Part shown: in pieces, positions 57,994 through 64,000 of the stretch
Numbering within the stretch: the first letter of the stretch is position 1
Layout: each line of letters opens with the position of its first letter
Assembly: GCA_012295275.1 (NCBI GenBank)
Contig: CM022672.1
Span: 22,072,001 to 22,136,000, forward strand
Direction of reading: 5' to 3'
From: Chrysomallon squamiferum
Taxonomy: Eukaryota > Animalia > Mollusca
Length of the DNA stretch: 64,000 bases
Program-made: the position numbers and the translations under genes
The notes under the pieces: model-generated
Seen by the model: the letters and a program-made list of their open reading frames with translations, nothing else
Told to the model about the DNA's origin: nothing
The model's database searches: none

Positions 57994-60129
57994 TTTTGTT
58001 GTTATCATGATTCAACCAACTCAGTACACTAGTAAAATTCTGTTGTCAAATCTGTCAGTCAAAATAGATCTTTGGTTATCGCTTTTACATACGTCTTTTT
58101 TCAAGTAGTTCAGAAACCATGTTACTCATCCCGTACATTATCAAAATCGTTTTGTAGAGTATTAAAGTCAGAAAACGTCTTTAGGTTGGGTTTTTTTGTG
58201 TTTTTTTTTCAAAGCGCTGTTTGTTTTTATTAACAACCATCGTCATTTTGTTAGCATGAAAAACCAGCTTTCGCATTTCGTGCATAATTCAACTCAGTTT
58301 ATTAAATCGTGCAGTCACAAACATCTTTAGGTACTTTTTCTTTACATGCTTTTTTTTTTACAAACGACCGTTATAATTCAGTTAGCATCCAAAACCAACT
58401 TACTCATTCTAAACACACAGAGCCAAGAGTAACAGCTTTCCGTGTTGGTTCTATTAAATGATACTTTTTAGCCTTTTTTTATCTTAATTTATTGATCCTT
58501 GGCAGCAGAATGAAGTACGGTGAAGTTTCCTTCGTCTTTTTTTTTTTACATAATCTCTCGCCTGTATTTCTTTAAAAAAGGATTCCTTCAAATATGTTGC
58601 GATCATCAATCACATTTACTGCTAGTTTTTGCTAAGAATTTCAATATCTTGATACTCGAGGTATCCGAACATGTACCGTGTCACTTCTGATATTAAATTA
58701 CCTTCTTCTGCAGTGACAAGCAGGTCGATATTTTCGTTGTTTTTCATTCCTGACGTACAGTGTTTCCAAAATCCCTCAGCAAATCCCAAGCAAATCTCAA
58801 ACGTGATTGCAACCGACTCGTTATTAGGACCATCGGCTTCGTCCTCGTCGTTGGCGTTGTTGTCGTTGTAGTTGAATTAAAAGCGTTAAAAAATATCGTT
58901 GACATCTTTATTTTCAACATTTTCGAAGCTCATATTTTAAATTTGATGATCTTCCTTAGAAGCATTCATCACATCATCATTCTTTGTAAAAATTGGCATC
59001 ATCCACTGTGATTCAACATTCACTGTAATTACCATTATTACATCGTCGTCATCATCTTAATTAGGTAGATAGATATTAACCGTATTAAATTTTCACGGCA
59101 ATTTGACCCTGTATTTGAAATCAGATCTAAACAAAATGTAGATAGAAACCATTTAATACTGCGTGGTTACAGATGTCTAAAGTGCTCGGATTTCATTTAT
59201 TTAATTATTTATCCCTTTATTTGAATATTTAATTAGTATAATCAAGAATTTAATACATTTTATTTTTGTAAACAGCTGGGGGAAAAAAAGCACTCAGTCT
59301 GAACATTTAATCAAACTAATAGTTAAAAATATGTTCTTCTAATTACTTTCTCGAAAACTTAATCTGTGGAGTGAGACCTCTTAAAATCGAATTTATTTAG
59401 TCATTTACTTTCTTTTCTTAATTTTTAAATAGTAACCCAATATGATCTCATACTCAATGCACGGTTTCCGAGTAACAGACAAACATTATTGATTATTTTC
59501 CACCAGTAAGATCCTTAATTATTCGAATTACGTATACTTGATGCAGACCGTTTTCAAACGAAGGAGTAAATTTAGCGCGCATTGATTCGCATCGTGTTTA
59601 GGCTTTATTGGGAACCGCATTAATGAGCGAGGCCTTCCAGTTCCGAGCGGATTATCAAAAATCACTTGAACCTATTCCGCCATCCTGTGTCTATCACGGG
59701 TTAGTTAATTAAAAGCATCACCCAGAGAGACGCTGAAAAACCATCTGCTTGTCGTCTGCTGGAAAGCGGAGAGGAAGAGAAAGAGAAAAATAGATCTGTC
59801 ACTGGTAGCCGTTGGTGTGAAGAGATTGTTATCCAGTTTCGTATTTTCCATCACGTTAGTGGCAAATAAATGAAAGAGAAAATAATCTGTGCAGTTCAAA
59901 TGCTTTATCGTGTTTAATATTCTTGTCATATTTCAATAAATAAATAAATAAATAAATAAAATAATATAATCATATTTGTGTGTTTAATGATCAAGGTAAT
60001 GCCAGTATCACTGTGATTTTGGGTTTTTTTTTCGTTGTTGTTGTTCTAGTTGTTTGTTCTACATTTTTAATATTCATTTATTTGTTTGTTTGTTTTTGTT
60101 TTAAATTTATTATTTCTTTATTTTCTTTT

Positions 60130-60163
<34 letters not shown>

Positions 60164-62281
60164 TTAAATTAATTTTTTGTTGTTGTACATTTGATTCTTT
60201 CTAAAAACGATAAAATAAATAAAATAAATAAAAATAAAATAAAATGAAATGTCTGGTGGACCATGCCAAATGACGTCCTCTAAATCCGCCCATCAAACAT
60301 CACACTTATAGCAACACAACGAGGTAATCAATGACCAGACATTGTTTTACGAAATTACACACACCTATCACATTTCCAGCCGTTCTAAAGTACAAAGCAA
60401 TAACGTGTTGCAAGCCCAAGGCGCCTCATTTTACTTACATTGACACGGTCACGTACGAAATACAGTTTTCTAAACCAATGATTATGACCTACGTCATATG
60501 CAATACTAGCACACAGTTAACACGTCGGCTGGCTTTCATTCTAATTTTTTTCTTTTTACTTATAATAATGGATTTTTTTTTTACAGGTTTTTCTTTTGTC
60601 TTTCATTTCAAAAGCATCATATTTTCCACTTACACAAATAGGTTTTTCTGCCAGCCTAACAATTTTTATATTAAACCTCCAATACTAATAGTGATCCTTA
60701 TGTTGATGAAATAACATGAATAATGATCGTTACTGATGACGATACTAATATTTCATCTTTTTTTCTTAATTACTTATCTTTTCTGGACTTATTTCATTTC
60801 TCGTTTATTTAAATCACCAGAAAGATCACACGATCAAGAAAAAAAAAAAAGTAAAAATAACTGACCTGCCATTCTTAAATCATTATTACGAGAACAACAC
60901 GAAAGCCGCCATTTGTAAAGATTACTTAATGATTTCAGGCGCGTAGTGTGCACTGATTCATTTTGATGATAACTTATCAATACTGGTTATTGAAAAGATT
61001 GCTTCAGAGTCATCCTCCAAAAAATAAAAAATAAATAAAAAAAAAAACAAGAAGAAAAAAAATATTTTCTCGGAAAGATGACAGTGTAGAATCTTTCGCT
61101 TCGCTGCTGCAGATTCTGTCTGGATTAGACACACTTCTCGCCGCATGAATTCTCGCGAGATTTATCGCACAAGGCGAGAATGAAGTAATTTGTAAAAGTA
61201 AAGAAGAGGTATTTGTTCTTTGGCTTGTTTTAGAGCGAATTTTAATGACCCTGTCTTCGGCGTGAAAAATTAAGCAGGATCGTTGCGAATACATCGCGTC
61301 AGGTCAAAATGAAACAAATGTCTGAAGTATGTTTGTTACATGTATGACAGAAAATTACTGCAAATTAAATTTCTAAAAATTAGTGACAGTAATTACAACA
61401 ACAACCTCAACGACGACTACAAAATCTAAAATAATAATAACAATAATAATAAAACTTGTTGTTCTAGCAGTTGTTGTTGTAGTAATAGTAGTTGTAGTAG
61501 TTGTAGTAATAGCAGCTGTAATAGTAGTAATAGCAGAAGAAAGTAATAAACGACGTACAAAATGCTTAATACAATAGATTACTACCAAAACAACAAAAAT
61601 ATTTTTCTAGACGAAAGTTTATGATTTAAATCATCCCTTAAAGGTATATTGCTGGTGCCTATTAGTCTAAGGGCCACTAACGTACTTTAGTTACAATCCT
61701 GTTCACAAAATGGAAAATATTTTCAAGAATTCAAAACACTGATGCTGAATGAGGAATGTCAAATTAAAATATTTTTATATTGTCCAACTTCACCAGCTTC
61801 TAAAACATAATTATTAAATCATAGATCAAGTAACGTATATGCCATTTAATCTTAGACAGAAATTTTAAAATCTACCGTTTAAAATATTCTATTTTCACAA
61901 GCAATGCATGTAACTTTGTAACTATATTTTAATATATTATTTGAAATCTGTTACAGTTACGATAGGCTATATTAAAAGCATTTTATGTTACGTATCCTTA
62001 TTTTAGAATATGAAGCGATTAATGCACAAAACTTTAAAATGCTTTGCATTTGAAATATATACCCGTCTTTCAACAAAGATTTTCAACGCCTATTATTATA
62101 AAATATATAGATTTACTATGTTCAAACGTATGTGTGTGTATATGTATGTATATGTATGTATGTATACACACGCGCACACAAACACATTACATTTGACAAA
62201 GATAAACTGAATTTATAACTCCATTTAAAATATAGAGTTTTTTGAAAACTACAGCATTTAAAACAAATTATAAAATTTAAT

Positions 62282-62316
<35 letters not shown>

Positions 62317-62880
62317 GTATTCTGTTATCTCCATTACTTTTCTAGCAAACTGGTTTTAAAATACACATCTTTTAAATCGGTCATTGTTATTTCCAATTCA
62401 TTCAACATGTACTGCATTTAAAACACACAAGAGCTGCTTTGCTTCTTGTCCTATCTCTGGAGAATGCACTACACAGATGAAACACGTCAGAAGTATTCTA
62501 ACTTTTTCTGTTTTATATTTCATCGATGACGCAAAGGAGACATTGTACACGATATTAATCTAAACAATTTAACAAGATTTGTCGCTTTATTAACCAAAAT
62601 TTCATTTTGTAAAAGGTTCATTGCGTCACGTATGCCTTAGTTTCTTTGGGGGTTTGTGCAGTGATCTCAAATTAACTCATAACACTGTTTTTACATTGGC
62701 GTTTGTATAGAGGAAACTTTGAACGGATCTCACATCAGTTACAAATCAGGATAAAAACACCTTTGATGAATACTTACTTAGACGTATAATAAACAGTTAT
62801 ATACGTACATATCTATATGCAGAGATATACATGACATACAAATATATATAAATACGGTCATCAATGCAGTGTACATATAT

Positions 62881-62881
<1 letters not shown>

Positions 62882-62948
<67 letters not shown>
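62882..62948. repeat. (CA)n microsatellite
   Basis: Directly visible. Confidence 0.95.
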
Positions 62949-62954
<6 letters not shown>

Positions 62955-64000
62955 ATGTAATTACACTTACATAAACAACCGGATTTATATACACATATAG
63001 ACACCTCTACACACGTACAGACATACATTATATTATTTATATATATACAGATTTAAATTAGACGAAACCTTCACAAATACAGTCTAGCTTCTTAAAATAT
63101 CTAGCTATTTATACATCACTCTGCAGCATTTCTTCTCACATATTAATATACGTTAGTCGCAGCTAATAAAAATATCACAGAAAGATGCCTCGAAGGTATT
63201 TAACCTTCAAGACCAGGTTACTTATGTGTTATTTCAAAACAACACCAAGCAGTAATGGACGAGCCCCAGTTAGAATAACATAACATAACAAAACAAACAA
63301 AACAAAAACATTGAGAACGTTCTTCTGTCTCATTCAGATACATTATGCTGTTAAAAAAAAAAAAAAAAATGAAAAAAAAAATATATATATTGATGCCTTG
63401 CTTTTGAAACTGAATCATACATGACTGGATCTAGGTAGCTAATTACGCCCCAACCAATGGCCACCTGAATGCCAGAAGTAAAGCTTCGCTTCAGGCGACA
63501 CTCGACTAAGTAACTTTCCATTAGCGGTAGTAATAACACACATTCATATTATTTAGAAACCAGAGATTTCCTGGAATGAAAATGGACAAATCGTAAACAT
63601 CCTTTGACGGTGTTTTGATGACGTCGTGTTCCAAATGTACGCAGACGCGTGGACGGCGTTTGTCATATTGATAAAAATGATAAAAATAGACTGCTTGGTG
63701 TCTGTGTCTGTGTTGTCTGTGTCTGTATCTGTGTCTGTGTTTTAAATATAATTTATGTTTTTAAAAATTGTATATTTTTTTTTTTCATTTATAATTTTTT
63801 TTAAAAAAATATATTTTTTTTTTTATTATTTTTTTATTAGTATTTTTATTTTTATTATTATTATTATTTTTTTTATTATTATTTTATTATTATTTTATTA
63901 TTATTTTTTTTTTTTTTGAATGAAGGTTATTGATATAATGTTATTATATGCATTAATTAAATGTATGTATATGTTAGTATGTATGTATCTAAGTATGCAT

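Noticed and set aside
61638-61849. Possible TTAA-flanked (Kolobok/piggyBac-like) MITE
   Set aside because: The terminal inverted match is only ~8 bp with a gap and mismatch, which is not distinguishable from chance in AT-rich DNA.

Overview
AT-rich, microsatellite-dense eukaryotic DNA, most likely a mollusc (inferred from the protein sequence and SINE types), and almost entirely intronic/upstream. It holds the 5' end of a minus-strand voltage-gated calcium channel alpha-1 gene of the Cav2 (cacophony/UNC-2/CACNA1A-B-E) family. One exon (2372-2181) encodes MATFQ...RSLFIFSEDNFIRKYAKIIIEWG and ends at a minor-spliceosome (U12, AT-AC type) donor ATATCCTTT. A second GC-rich exon 32 kb upstream (34815-34560) splices in frame to it and adds a ~75-aa N-terminal extension. 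The rest is simple repeats, minisatellites, local tandem duplications, decayed tRNA-derived SINEs, a Tigger/pogo-type MITE and unique islands that may be regulatory. Almost all ORFs in the supplied track are microsatellite artefacts. I cannot demonstrate a wholly new system. The best candidate is a modular Cav2 5' end: interchangeable upstream exons, a U2 donor competing with the U12 donor, and a symmetric DR1-CRE-DR1 motif cluster.
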